Below are positions 1 to 22,285 of a DNA stretch of 64,000 nucleotides, one piece after another. The notes beneath the pieces were generated by a model. That model was not told where the DNA came from and did not search any database. It worked only from the letters and a program-made list of their open reading frames with translations. Position 1 is the stretch's first letter. Each line of letters begins with the position of its first letter. The DNA is from Ramazzottius varieornatus (taxonomy: Eukaryota > Animalia > Tardigrada): the NCBI GenBank assembly GCA_001949185.1, contig BDGG01000004.1, positions 1,389,620 to 1,453,619 on the forward strand, given 5' to 3'. The translations under genes and the position numbers were made by a program.

Positions 1-1589
1 GCGGTTTTGTGCCTTGTTTTGACTAACTGAGGCAAGTCCTTGAGTTGTGGCTGTATTTCCGTGAGGTGTTTGCGCTAATGAAAGAATGAGTGTGTTGAAT
101 CGGAAACGAGGACCACACGTGAAGCTCGTGTTGTGGGACCTTGCGCTAACATGATGGAACTGCGTATTTACCACTACGATCGTTTCTTTTGTGGCCAAGC
201 AATCCACATCAAGCGAAATGGGAATACATTTGGCTGACAGAGTGGCGTGTAATATAGCTCAAGCTTCTTGATCTCTCCTGTTGCGGAGCTGCTGTTTCTC
301 GGTTTCTTCCCCTGTTGACTGTTAATGTTAACCGGGAAAACTTCCTGATGTGATCAAGGCTAAGCCAGCTGGATATGCACATGCCTCGGAAACTCGAGGC
401 AGTCTCTCCATGTTACTGGTCATTTCCTCTCCTTGGCAGCTCTCTTTGCTGATCCTTTGTATCACGCGAACGTCGTTAAGACTCTTTGTGGTCCCTCTTT
501 TGCAACTCGATCCTCCATACCGTTAACGGGAACGTCGTCACAGCTTCTTTCATCAGCTTCATGTAGTCCGTGCTTGCGGAAAGGCAGCTGAGCTATCAAC
601 TAAGTTGCGGACTTGGGACTAAACTATAGCGTTTCGGGTGGGTACTTCGTCATACCATGTCTGCGGTCGAATACTGCGACGGCGCCTGATGGTTCTTCTC
701 GCTGGAATTTTCAAGAACCTCCCTAATTACATGTCCCTCGGAGTTGTTCGGTCAAGTTCAAAGTGCTCGTTTCCGGCTACGATCTAATACGTACGTAGCT
801 GGCACAAGCACTTGTTGTCCGCACTTACCGCCTGCTTGTTTTATTTGATTATATGGACGGAGCTGGAACTGGTTCTCTGAGGAACCTTCTGGGAGGAACC
901 TTCTCGCAAAGTGTGTGAGACTATATTTGGAGCAACTTGCCTGGCTATCATCTTCGCTTGTCGCTGTGCTATACTCAGTAACTTGCCATGAACCGTCTGG
1001 CCAACCTCGCAAAAAAGAAGGACATCAAAAGCTACAGTTTCGATTCAACTTTTCTACCTTCAGCGGACCGGAAGAAATGCAGGTAGAATTTTGGTTACCT
1101 TTGTCGACAGCGCGCCCGAAAGGTTTCAAAGTGTTGGATTTTGCTTGTACATGTATCTTGCATGTAAGGAAACTACTCGGGCTCGTGTTTGGACCTGGGT
1201 TTTGAAAGGGATTTGAGGGTCGGGGATTCTTTGGGGTAACGGAATAGGTACAGAAGTTTCTGGCAATACGATCAGCCCCGAAGGACCGATGGCGTTTTGT
1301 TCCGGGCGGCCTATCTGATTTCCACTTGGAACGAAGAGGCCATCCAACAGTCGTTTGCATGAGCCGAATAATGTTTGAAGATTTCATCCTAAATATCTTG
1401 TGAATGGTTACTGGCCAGACGGTCGAATTAGTCGAATCAAGCGGGAATATCACGTTTGGTGGGAGTATCCTGCTCTTCTTTTGTCGTCTGTAGATGGATC
1501 TTTGAAATGGTGTGATTAAATTCAGATTAGTCCCTTGTATTCACTCTTGTATGGAGCTCTCGTCTGTCATGGCAGTCAAGAACCCGGAA

Positions 1590-2225
1590 TTAGCTGGCTA
1601 GGTCCCTGGATTTCCCGGGAGCGTCTAATACACAACGTCGTCCTGCTATTTCATTCAGTAAAACGGAAGCTGGTTTGTTAAACCTGTTCGTCGTATGCGA
1701 CAAATTGCTTGCTGTGGTTGTGAATGCATAATCGTGATGTTGAAACATCCGAAACCGCTTGCTCGTGAAATATGCTGACATCTGCATTTTGATTTTCGTG
1801 CAGGCAAGTCAGGTGATTGCTTGTGAAATTCACTCCATCTACATCCCGAAGAGGTGGTGGAAAATGCGCAACAGGAATCCAGCTGTACCGGCTATCTAGG
1901 ATTCCAGTTGTCGATTCGGTCCTTTCTGAGAACCCAACTGGCACGACTGGGAGGCTCTTGTGGATAACGAGGCACCACAACCCACGCTTGCGTTCTGAAT
2001 ACGCTCAAACTCTCCTCCATTCCAGAGAAGGAACCGCCGATAATAGCGGTTCGAAATTGAAAGCCTGATGGGTGGGCTCACCGCTAGAGGCCACCTGCAG
2101 GATAGCCGGAAACACATCTGTCGGAGATCTTTTTCGTAGATTCGTGCGTGGCACTGCGGGTTAGGTCTTTGTGCTGAATATATACAAGTAAAATTACCGG
2201 GATGAATGGGGGAACACCTGTGCAT
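1590..2225 (-). pseudogene. Possible highly degenerate LTR-retrotransposon integrase remnant
   Basis: Minus-strand fragments in different frames loosely resemble integrase motifs in the expected order: HRCSPIHPG (H..HPG), ASQSCQ (CxxC-like), ILDSRYSWI (VD.YSKW-like) and DVDGVNFTS (DNG.NFTS-like). There is no continuous ORF and the resemblance was judged by eye only. Confidence 0.2.
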
Positions 2226-2655
2226 AGTGTTGTAGCAAAGGTTTATTGGTATTCCGATTGGGCTATCTTGATAGTCCTCCTCACGACGGGCTGTGAAACT
2301 TGGTTGGTTGTGTTGATCTTAGAAACGGATTGCCAAATTCCACTTTCAAGATAATCGGAAAACAGAGAGTTGCCAGAGAGCAAGTCAGGAGTTTGAGCCC
2401 AGTCAAGAGGCAAAGACTGCCTACATGCTCACCCCGCGAAACTCGCGCATTTCCGGTCCCGTTTCCGCAGTTAGCAGAAAAACTAAATTTCATCTCAATC
2501 ACGCTCGATTTGAGTTGATCAAGCTGAATTAAATTCTATATCAATTGTTTTCAACATGAGCAGAATTTTGAGGTCAGTTGTGAAGAGGACTAATAATGAC
2601 AGTGCTCCGTCTGATAGTGTTATGTGCATCAAGCTGTCCAATTACGGCTATTATC

Positions 2656-3275
2656 AGGTTTTTCAGTATGAAATTGCCGTTTTACGAACTCCCATTTCAA
2701 AAATTTTTGTCTCTGCTCGGAAGCAATTGTATGATTCTCTTTTCTTGCCGAACATTGTAGACGGTCTGTTCTTTCGTTTCAGCATGAGAAAGCTGCCCTT
2801 CAGCTCTTACTTACCAAAAGTATCATTAATTGTATCCATGCAGAATATGGCTGCAGAGAATGAAAACCTTTCTACCTCACTAAAGTGGCGCACGTTTTTA
2901 TCGGCAGAAAACCACCCCGTTTTTCACAATTTCTCTTTTTGCGAAATCCCAAAGGCCTTTTTTCCAAGCTTTCTTTTCTGCTAATGATAGCTCAAAGCCT
3001 CTGCCACAAAACCTGCCTGGTGCTAGTGCGGTAGTGTAGCTGGCGGTGTAAAAAACAATTCGTGAAAAGGCCCTGGTTTTAAATGTGTCATCATCATTCT
3101 GAAATTTTTCTTCACGTCCGCCTTTCGACGCTGTGAGAAGAATTTGGCAGTAAAAAACGAGTAGACTTTGTTGTTGAAGTTAGACATCAGCTGGATTTCG
3201 AAAGTCGTAATACGACGCAGAAACAAAGTTTCTAAGTGCGATCCCAAAAAACGGCAATTTCATACTGAAAGACCT
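2656..3275. mobile_element. MITE / non-autonomous DNA transposon (~620 bp)
   Basis: Terminal inverted repeats: AGGTTTTTCAGTATGAAATTGCCGTTTT at 2656-2683 and AAAACGGCAATTTCATACTGAAAGACCT ending at 3275 (27/28 match), with weaker complementarity ~35 bp further inward. The interior is AT-rich with no recognisable protein. Confidence 0.75.
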
Positions 3276-4256
3276 AATAGTTAAAAGATATCGTTATACC
3301 CGTCAAAGGTACAAGGAAGAGGATCCATGAAAATGCCCGACTTTGCTTGACAGAGTCAAGGACCGCATTACTGTTTTAGACTGGGAGAGGTACTCTTGTC
3401 AGGCTCTTCAGCAAATGAAGGTGTACTGCAGGCACTATAGGCGATACTTTTTCTGAATAACAAGGCGAGCTTCTCAGGTTGCGTGTCTCTTTGAGCAAAT
3501 GTTTTTCTTCGATTACCCTGCACGTACGTACCTTTGTCGTCGGTACTCTTCTTGGCAGCTGTATCAAAACAAAAATAGCTGATTATCTGTATACACATGA
3601 TCGGCTAATGCAAGGCATGCAGATTTACAGATCACGAAGGTCAGGATGAACGCCCCACGTGTTTGCCTAACAGGGATATAATATTATTGACTCTGACAGA
3701 TACATATAGTACATACTGTACGCGTTGAAATATCGAACTTGGCGGTACAGCGGTTCCACTTCGTATGCTGTGCGCGCTTTGTGGAGAATACGATCAGTTA
3801 GTTAGAGATCAAAATCGATCAAGTGGATTTCTCCGGTTTTGGCTTTTTCCGGCTGCATGTGTAACAGGACGATGGCGGAGCTGTTTAGACACATATGTTG
3901 TCCAGGCTGGCGTTGCCACCTCCAGATTTGGCTAATCTGTCATGTTAATCGTCCTCTCGCCTGAAATTGCATCCCAACTGGCGCCAGCTGATGGGATATA
4001 CGCGAGCTCGAGTTCGATCCGCCCTTTTGCTCGTTGCAACAGCCCTGGGGCATCGCAGGATCTTGATTAAAGTTGCTGGCATGAAGCTGCGTCCGCTTCT
4101 TTTCGTCGACATTTATCTTTGGGGACGAGGAGAGTAGAACGCCGCTTGACTTCGACTTGCACCACTTTCAACGATGCGTCTCTGTTCCTCCGTTCATCCG
4201 CACCCTCGCTCATGGTTTTTTGTTTGATTGTTTATTCAACTGATTAGTTATCAAGT

Positions 4257-7200
4257 ATGAATCGGCAATTTTTCGCCCGCGACCTCATGAAGCGATCGGG
4301 ATCGCTGAACGAACTTCGACCTGACGATGGTGTGTTTAAGGAAAAACCCGGGTTCTTGAGACGAGTGCTGACGGGTTCTCGGAGGAAAAAGGGTCGACGA
4401 AAACCAATTATCGAGACGGGAGATACATATTTTCACTTTCAACCAGATCCCCCTGGGTAAGCCATCCGTCTCTCAAAATTTTTACTTTGTTGGCCACGTA
4501 CGTAGTCGAGCAGTCCAAAATGGTCAAGAAACCATTGATCATAGCTTAGGGTTTCGTGGACTTGGCATGAATTCGTATCTATAGTGTATTGTCTCGGTTT
4601 AATATTCGTTAACCATCCTAGTTCGTATACTGCATACGCTGAGGCCGGGTTCGTGCAAATTGGCTCGTTTTTCACTGAGCATTCATGCGCGGTCGTGATG
4701 CTGCCGGACGTTCAATTTGTTGGATTTTTGAGGCGTAGTTCTAACTGTTCGACGATCATTGGTGTCCCAGTTTTTCATATGTGGCTTACCTTTTAATCTG
4801 CATATGTTTCTTGAAGTGGGACGCAGGGACCATTGCACAAAAGCTCTTTGTGCTCTCCCAGGTAGGAAGTGCACTCTAATAACAGGATAAATTAGTAATC
4901 AGGGTACCTTAGCTGGTCGTTGAGCTGCGTGGAAGATAACCCTCCACCATATAACGAGTTTAGCCTCTACACTTTCCCTTCTTCTGTTTCTGCTATTGCG
5001 TAGACGGAATTGCCGGAATAGGAAGTAAGTCAGGTGGATTCTTCCGGTAGGTGCGTGACTAACGAGTTTACATCGAGATGGCCCTATAATCTTCCCCGCC
5101 AAACGACTATAGTCCTTTGTTTCGTTCAGGGAGCCTGCGTGGTCTCTGATTTCTTTGTAAACGCGTTGATAAAGCTGCCATTTGGTCGTAAACCATCGCG
5201 AGAGCAGCTTGTGTAGAAATGCCGGTTTACAGCATAATTAAGTTTGTATCCACAAGATGGACGGGAACTATCCGTATCTGGCATCAGACGTTCGGCCTTA
5301 GGTACAAGTGGCTACATCTGTGGAGGAATCTACGTATGCTACTTCTGCCGGCATCGATCCACTCTTGGTTCGTTGCTGTACACTGTACTATTTTCAAAGT
5401 CTGATGGTTTGCCGAGCACGAGTTCGGAACTCAGACACATGCATCAGCCCGCATCTACAGTACAATGGCGTACTTAGATTACGAGGGGTGTTTATGACAT
5501 TCGACAGAGGTCGCTACTTGGTTGCATATGTGATCATTTGTTCACTGTTCCTTTTCTCCCTCCTTCTCCTTCCACTCTTTGAACAATACACTCCGGCCGC
5601 AGGCATCCGCGTCCAAATTTCGTATAGAGGCCGTCAAGCGGGTGTCGTTTGCGTTGGTTTTCTTTTCCACAACGGTGCGGGGGTTTATGGTGCGCGGGTT
5701 TGAGAAAATCGGAAAACCAGGTTTTCAAGCGGTAGACATAGACTTGTTCACTGACGGTAGAGGGATGTGAATTGGTATAGGAAGACTGTGTTGCTGGTAT
5801 CGATATTAGTCGATAGCGGAGAACATGTAGCTTAGGTTCCCGAAATGAAATTTCAGCTTGCGGGCAAAATTATCGTGTATGGATGCTGTACTTATCTCTT
5901 CTCTAGTTAGGGCGTGGCCTACCAATATCTTGAAGAAAATGCGCTGGTTGGCCTGGAACCAGAAAAATAATTGACTTGTTTTGATATCTGTTTTGCTCCA
6001 AAGAACTGCGGGTCTGACGTCAAGAACTTGTTTGTCTTACACTCGCCCGCGCGCAGGTTGCAAGGAGTGTTGAAGTGTTGTCTCAATTTGCAGGTGATGC
6101 CGGAAGTGAAAACTGTAATCGAGATGACGTTGAGCAAATTCTTGGGCAGTGTAATGCCGGTGTACGTGCACCATTACAACGGCTATATTTTGTAACGAGC
6201 GCCTTCAGCACATGGTACCCAAAGAGCGCAGATGGCCCACATTTTTCCTCTTCCGGCTTTGATGCCGGTGTGAAATGGGATTGATGAGAGTCTAAAGATT
6301 TACTTATGATGGAGTGAGGGTTCGTCCGTCGATGAACACATGCCTCGTTCCCGTATCGTTTCTGCATAAATAAAATATCCCCCGTGGAGCACGAAGAAAG
6401 CTCAGTAGGAGAGAGGAATAAAGAGGTGTGTACACCGACAGCTTGTCCACGTCACGGATGGGCGAAATTCGATAATTCATTGTCGTTTTAGCATGTTGTT
6501 GAGCCAGAGGCAATCTCCCCATCACACGGCCTACAGACACCACTCCAGCAAGGCTGACTGTATTACAGCCAATCTGTGGCTGGGATGTCAATAATACGGA
6601 TCTTCCCTGCTGGGAAACCGTACTGTACGAACTATACACAGGCTGGATGGAGGGATGGATGTGGACGGGGAAGTCGGCTGCTCCATTGCACCGTTCATAA
6701 TTGTATCGAGTAGGGACTGTAAACATCTCACACGCCATGTACATAAAGCGGAGTGGGCTGTGAAGTACTGCCAAAGCTCAATCTGTTGGGGAACCCTTTA
6801 TACTGATGGCAAGTCCTCACACGGATCGTGACAATATTCCAGTGAAAGTTAGCCCGCTTCGAAGAATCGGCTTTGCCGACCGTTGATCTTTTGCCTTCCG
6901 GGGTTAAGTCTGTGAGCCGTGAAGTCATAGATATTTGCTGGTTGATGAAGGTGTCATCGCGACATCATTTCAGCCACATTCTTGTGACAATGTGTATCAA
7001 TTATTTTGGCATGTGATGATATAACCGGTTACGCTGTGTGCTTTTGTGCGGCTTCCGCGACGTTCGATGTGCACAATTGTTTTGTTTCTTCGACTCTGAA
7101 GGAGTAGAAAGCTAGAGAATAATGTTGAGTTTCAAAAGGGACCGCTCAAAATCTTTGACGGTGGTATCTCGGGATCGGCTGGCTTTGCCGGTTGTCCATG

Positions 7201-10200
7201 AGGACGCTATTTATGAACCCGGACTGGAAAGTGATGCCGATTTTCGTAAACGAACTTTTAGGTACTACAGCTTTTCGCTAATGGTTAAATGCACTGACTT
7301 ATCCTCGCCTTCATCCTCGGATCGTTCCTCGGGTGCACTAATTGTCATTACCAGCTGCTAGTGTTCGATCAGGGGCGTGACTTTGATTCTTCGAAAGTTT
7401 ATAGCTGGTAGCTTTTTTCTTAGCGGAAGAAACCCAGTGTTCAAAACTAATCAAGCGATGTCTTTGCAGTTCACCATCGTCCGAAATCTCGATCCGGCGC
7501 GGGATATTCAGCCGGAAGCACTATGGATCCATCGAGCTGGTACGTGTGAATGACTAGACCCTGTAGTGAAAAGAAAGCGCAACCTTGCTTGGGCGTCAAG
7601 GGGATGGAACTGCTTTACTTTACCCGCTGGGACTTCGCCTTTCTTTTGAGATGAGGACCACGACGGTGTCTCATTTCATCAACACATATCTCCTAGCTCT
7701 AATCCCGAGATTTAAGAGAAATTTGAAAGCTTCATCACGTTTTAAGGAGGGGTATCGAGGACCAGCTGCCGGCATGCGGACAGTGCGTTGCGTGCGGCGA
7801 AGATCCCTGAAAGTTGCAATTATTCAGCCCAGTGAAGCATATCAGCTACATAGGTAGTTCTACGGCGGTACTCAAGCAGATTAAGCCCTAAACTAAAAGC
7901 CGGTTTGTTAGAAATTATTGAAAATATTCCGATTTCGTTTTGGGGGTTCTTTTATGAGGTTTGGAAATGGAACACATGACGATAAAATTATTTATTACTC
8001 TGACGTCATCGCGGAAATTTCACAACTAAAAGAACGGCTGATTTTCGGAAACAATAAAATGGGAAATATCCTGTTTTGGTTTTAAGCTTTGGGTTGCCAA
8101 TGTGACGTCCTGTCACTGGCTTACGCAAGGGTAATTACATGCGGAAATGGTTTCACTGATGGACAGTTTGCGCATAACGAGAGCTGGGTGAAGATAGGCA
8201 TTAGGGCATGTGGGTATGGTTGTTACATCCAAGCCTTCTGTTTGTTTGGCGGGGAACATTATTCAGCGGCTAATCTGACACTATTGGTTTCCGGTCCCAT
8301 GTCACATTTGTTTTCCCCTTGACACACGAATGCACTGTCTTGAACCTCTGTCAATGGAAAGCGCGACAGTACTCGCAAAAACCATCCCAGACTTCCTCAA
8401 CGCAACATGAACGCAACATGCGACGCCCTGGAGACACTGAAGCCTGCAGAATTAGAAACATAATTGACGGAAGTAATGCGGTGGCATGCGGTGCACGACA
8501 CCGAGCGTTTTCGATATTTTTACCGCACTTTTTGCGTTTTTTTGGCTACTTTCGCATTAGCGTACCTTATGAAGTCATGAGAACATCCCGACGCGTAACT
8601 GAACGGTTTACCTTCTGGAAAACCGATCGCGCTCTTTTTCCAGCTGGCTCGAAAGACCAACGATGGGGGAGAAGGAAGTCGCTTCCGTGTGGAAACAGGA
8701 GAACGACGAGGACGCGAATCCAGTTCGTACCATTCTCCGTCCACGCCTTTGCTGGAGAACCCTGAATACCAGACTCGATGGTACTTCAAGTATTTTTTGG
8801 GCAAATGTAAGCGATTCCAATCATGCTTCGGGCCATTTGGAATTTCCAGCACTATTCGAGGACGATCTCATTCCAGATCACCAAAACTATGTCGGTCTTG
8901 ACACAGACCGCAATCCCTTCGTTATCTCGGTGATGCTGTCAGACTCCAATGATCACCAAATACAACAGTATCGAGCGATACTATGGAGGAAAACGGTACG
9001 GTAATTAGCTTGCTTGTGAGTTAAACAGTGAGAAAAAGATTGGTATCGATTGAGCCTAATCAAATTCAATGGTTGTGTAAGGAAATTAGTTTTACAGCTT
9101 GCAACGAGATTACCCTGTTTTTATTGGCAGGGTACGGAGAAAATTTGCTTGCCCTATAACCCCGGAAAAGCACTGACCGTGCGAACCATCCTCAGCTGCT
9201 TCTCCCGAATGCACAAAATTGAGAAAGGACCGAAGGAGATTTCTGCTCCATCCGTGCTGAAAGTAGGCACTTCCCTTCTAAACCTTGGTGTGAGCTTCGC
9301 AGTAAAGTTAGAGTATTCGTTAATTGAAGGACCTTCTCGTCCTGGAGGAACAGGAAGGATCGGTCAACTTCAAGTTCGGCGTCATCTACGCCAAACATGA
9401 CCAAACCACCGACAGCGAAATGTTTGGCAATAGTAAGTACAACCAACCGCCCAGTGGCTCCTGTTCGTTTTTGAACGAGTGGGTAGAAGCATATCGGAGA
9501 TGATGGTATCGAAAACTGACTGATAAGATGTTTGGCAGAGTTGCTCGTCTGCGTACTTAATCTGGTGCAGTCCACTGGGACTTACGATGTGCCAAGACGG
9601 GACGACCCTAATGTAAATTCGGACAGTGTAAAGCCATTGAGCCTCTTCTCTATGAGTTCATGGTTTGGTCTTGTAATCCTGAAGCTACTAACTGTGCTTT
9701 GCTTTGTAGAGACCGGAAGTGACGCTTTCAATAAATTTATTGCGATTTTGGGGAACCGAATAACGCTGAAAGGCAAATAATTTTAAAGTTTTAATGCATT
9801 GAGCTTTCAATTCGAAGATAAAGATTAATCTATTTAAATTAGGATGGGACCGATACCGTGGAGGACTGGATGTGAAAAGTAGGTACATTGACATGTTAGT
9901 TCCCTGATGCACAGACGTATAAGGTTTTTCGGTCGACTCATTACGCTGATGGGATCGTAGGTGACACGACGGGCACAGAGTCAATCTACACAGTGTATCA
10001 GGGTCACGAAATCTGCTTTCATATTTCAACCTTACTTCCTCATTCGGATGATAACCGTCAGCAGGTATCGACAATTTCACTCTTCCAGATTAATAACTCC
10101 GACCACCCATATCGATGTTGTTACAGGTTGAACGGAAGCGTCATATCGGAAACGGTAAGCAGTGCCACTACGGAAATGGATTGGCTGACAGACTGTTACG

Positions 10201-12703
10201 CTAGTTTTGCTTCCTTGATTGCAGATATCGTCAACATAGTGTTTGCCGATTGTCCACCTGGCGAGCATCCTACGTTCAAGCCTCAGATGGTTCGATCCCA
10301 GTTCACCCGTACGGACAGTATATCTCAATGTCAGCACTTCTCCTCCAGCGGAAGCATAGGTTGCTTCTTTACAGATATTTTTCTTCTGGTCTGGTACGAC
10401 GAAGCGGATGAAGGATATCGTGTACAAGTGTTTTCCGAAGAAAATGTACCGTTGTTCGGTCCACCTCTACCTGTTCCTGCCCTGTTCCAAGACCTTGACG
10501 AATTTCGGGAATTTCTCTTGGTGAAATGTAAGCAGATGAGAACTACTGTTGACTCAAAACTGTCTCATGGTAGGAGTATGATTTTGTGTCTTACCTTTCT
10601 AGGTATTAATGGTGAAAAAGCGGCCTTCAACACGCCCATTTTTGCTCAAAAGCGGGAGCGGACACTCGATTCGCTGTTGCGAGACGTCTATACGGAGCAT
10701 GCCCAAAACGAGAGCGCTACCAAAGCCATGCTGTCAAGCTCACGTCGAGCCTTCAGTGACGTCTTGGTAGAGTCCGGGAGAGGAAACGTAAAGGATGAGG
10801 AACGGAAGGAAGAAGTAGCGAGAATTGGCCAAGCTCTAAAGTTGGACACCATCATGAAGGGTGACGCACCGACAAGTCAGGTGAACTCTGGGATAAAAAG
10901 AGAGGTGCGTACTTAACATTCCAACTTCCTAAGTTTCAATGCGCTGAGTAAAATCACGTTTCGGTGATTGTAGCATCCATGGCAGCCTGTCTGCTTCTTT
11001 CCCGATTTCTCCTACGAAGTGGTCTGCGGGGACTCGTGGGACTTTGATCGCCTCCTTCTGGCTACGGACGATGGCGGGGCTTTTCTGCTGAGCGGTGGGT
11101 TATATCGCAGGACGTGAACTTTATGAAGTAGTGTCTAAGGGGTATCTTGCCTGTTTTCAGAAGGAACGCTTCCGGTTCCAGTATTCGAGAAATCCTGCGT
11201 CATCAAGCAGCTGTCAATAGTGGAGGACCATGGCATTCTTATCCTGCGTATGGACAAAGGGAAAGAGTGTCGGGTCTACATTTTTTACCTGAAAGACTTC
11301 GAGACGGAACCTACAGCATTCTACACAAAATCAGATTGCAAAGACCACAAGCTGGAAGGCACCAAGGGCTGCAACTTCTTCGCGCTCAACCGCCCCGGCG
11401 GAAGTCACTTACGACTAGCCGTCGCGATGACCAAAAAGATGATCATCATGCAGGTACCAATATTGCCCACTGAATGATAAAACGACCTTGGATGCAAAAT
11501 GATACCCGAATTATTTCTGATTCTTTGTAGTGGAGGCATGCGGCTGGTGTCTCGCTGATAAACCAACAGGAAGAAGTGACCAGCGGTTTTGTTGCGCTCC
11601 AAGAACTAAACCTGCCGGAAACGCCCTTGATCGTTAGTTTGATCGACGGGTTCTCGCCCAGTTCAGAAAGTAGAATTTGTGTGGGATACAAAGCCTCGTT
11701 CGACTTGATCAACGAACGAACCGGGGACGTTGTCACATTGTTCCAAATGGAAAGCGGGAAAACGAACCCAGTAGCAATACTGGACCTGACTGAAGACGAC
11801 GAGAAGGAGCTTCTTCTGTGCTACCACAGTATGTTAGCGACTTTACACCTCCTTCGAGGAACTTCACCTCACTCCAACTTTCGTTTCCTTTTAGATTCCT
11901 GCCATTTCCAAAAGCTCGAGAATATTGAACAGAATACCCGAGCATTCGACTTTCAATGGTGTACCGTACCAGACCAGATAGGTACAGAGAGCTTACTGTA
12001 TATTAGTTAAATGCCCACACTGACACGCCTAACATGAATTCTTATGTTTGGTTTGTCCAGTTTGTGCCTCGCCTTACGTTCTGGCCTTTAGTTCCGAAGG
12101 CTTTGAGATCCGTCTGCTGGTCAACGGAAACCTCGTACATACAACCGGCACAATGCCCAACCTGAGCTTGATAACGTCCAAAACCGACATCTTCTTTGCC
12201 ACTACGGCTCCCGAATACTATCATGGCTCCCAGACTTTGGTAACGGCAAAAGATGCTCCAGTCAGCTCGTCGCATAAAGAAAGCACCAGCGGTCCCCCAA
12301 GTCCAGGCTGTAAGTACTCCGTTTCCATCTCCTGAAGATACCTCGCTGGCTTGTTTACTCATTGTTTTCTTCCGTAGTGTCAACCATGTCAAAGAAGCCT
12401 GTTCGCATCTACCGCGTATCAATAGCTAGTCTAACGGGGACCAGAGAATCCGGTGGTTCTCGAACCTTACCTTCGTCACCATTACTCTCAAGGACCTCCA
12501 GCGGACGCGCTCTTCCAGCCATCAATGTGAACGAAAGCCTTGTGGACAGAGAACCGGCAACTCCGTCCCCCACTTTGCTCGAGAACGTCGACTTAGTCAA
12601 ACTACGTGTGGATGCAGTCAGTAGCGTCAGCGCCGATTCCGGCTTTCACAATGGTCCAAATTCCGTCTCTTCAAACAACTCTCCACCTCCGTCTCCTTTC
12701 TAG
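4257..12703 (+). CDS. GARNL3: GTPase-activating Rap/Ran-GAP domain-like protein 3 (Rap-GAP + CNH domain), multi-exon
   Basis: Spliced exons encode RRGIFSRKHYGSIEL (7470-7539), LENPEYQTRWYFKYFLGK, QYRAILWRKT, DLLVLEEQEGSVNFKFGVIYAK, YQGHEICFHISTLLP, ERKRHIGND, VPLFGPPLP and INGEKAAFNTPIFAQKRERTLD, then CNH-like exons and a Ser/Pro-rich tail (stop 12703). These match GARNL3 as I recall it. Candidate first exons are 4257-4456 or 7122-7261. Confidence 0.93.
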
Positions 12704-13038
12704 ACGTTCTTCTTTTCCCCTTTGCAAACTCTCCCGGTTCACAAAATACTTTTCCTGATCTCAGTACTTCTGCCCAAATAATTTCGTGATCTCACAAACG
12801 ATTTTTGTTGGTTTTATTTTGGAATATACCTTCTCTGTTTGACATTGTTAGACTGGAAAAAAATCTTAAAAGGATGATAAAAATTCTAAAAAATGTTTCA
12901 CAGCGAGATTTAGGCCCTGAGAAGTCGCTGTAATTCTACACCGTTCAAAATTTAAAACCCAAAAAAAGATCATTGCGGTGTAAGAAGATCAAAAACATTC
13001 GACAGCAAAACTTGCTGCTAATACTCTTTGTTGCGGCT

Positions 13039-20815
<7,777 letters not shown>

Positions 20816-22285
20816 GTAAAATAAAATGGACATTAACTTAGCGATGACCATGAGCTAAATATTCACCACCAAAGTTTTGATATTTGAAATATGAAATCGG
20901 TCGATGGTTCTGATATGGGCCATTGTTTGAGGGCTAATCCCGTATTTAACCTACGGGGTAAGGTTTCGCTCATCACAAGGTTCTGGCTTTTGGTTCTGTG
21001 GCCAGTCTCAAGCATATTCTCTGGAGAGGTTTTAACTAATCGATGTTGATGATATATATCACATCATTACGGTAGACTTGCTCACTATAACGCCGAATCA
21101 TTTTCATGCTAATTTCGCCTTGCCCCTCATTGCATGCGCAGCATAAATACATAACGTAATGGTCAGCGTGGCAGGGCGCAAATATTTTCTCTGGATATAA
21201 TCATCCAGAAACCAGGTTATGACCCCGAACTTTGTATACTACTTTTATTAACAGCTTTTACTTTCACGGCCACTGTTCTGGGATGCATAACATCCGGAAG
21301 TCCAGTGGCCGCCCCGCCCACTTAACAAGGAGCAATCTCAGTCTCCTCACGTACACATATTCCCCCCATTGAACTTCCTTGTTTGTTTACCACGAAAAAA
21401 TATTGATTTTAAATAAATATCGTGTTGACATTGGGTTGATTGAGACGCTATAGAATATGCTTCTGTCTGGCGCGGACACTTGTTGGTCCTGACACCGAAT
21501 ATAACACATATGCACACGTATCACAGGACAAGTCAAACTGTCAAATGCATATACATACATGCATGATCTTGATGTTCATAAGCCGCGCCACCCGTACTGC
21601 ATTGAATGACACCACACCTCGCCAATGTCATGATCAATGCCATCATTCCAGCGTAATTTACGATTCATGCATGTGGTCAATCCGACTCAGTCGGCTAGTC
21701 CACACATGCAGAGTGAAGAAGAGTGTCTGTATTGCGGGGGAAGTCATGCAGGACAATCGACCGAGGGAATGCAGCATGATGGTCAGAAATATTCATCCAC
21801 ATCCGGGCGCAATCGACGATTTAATTACCGAGCAAGTCACCGCCACCAGCTTGGACTTTAGAGTTTATAAAGCAAAATTAACGGCACAGAAATTGGAGCT
21901 GTCAATCTCCAGTGTCTGGAATTTGATCTGCGCGTAGCCAGTGGTCCTTCTCAGTGTTGACCGCTAATGTCCGCAACTTAAAACTTCTAACGGCCATTCA
22001 GACGCTTGGTCGCTCAGTTTCACCTCCGCAAAATATCCTCTTCCATTCATTTGTGCGACTGACTCGCCTGCTTAACCTATGAGGTAGAGGCCAGTCAGAA
22101 AATATTAAAATAGCTCATTTGGCAATTTTGATTTGCTATTGCAACACATGCTATACTGCAAGGGCGATTAGACGATAAAGCGGCGTCACTTTTTTTCCCG
22201 TGTTGTTTTCTACGACGAACAACGTTATCATCATCCGTCATGAGAACTCGAGGACCCTTTCCCTCAAAGACAACATGACCAGCCT

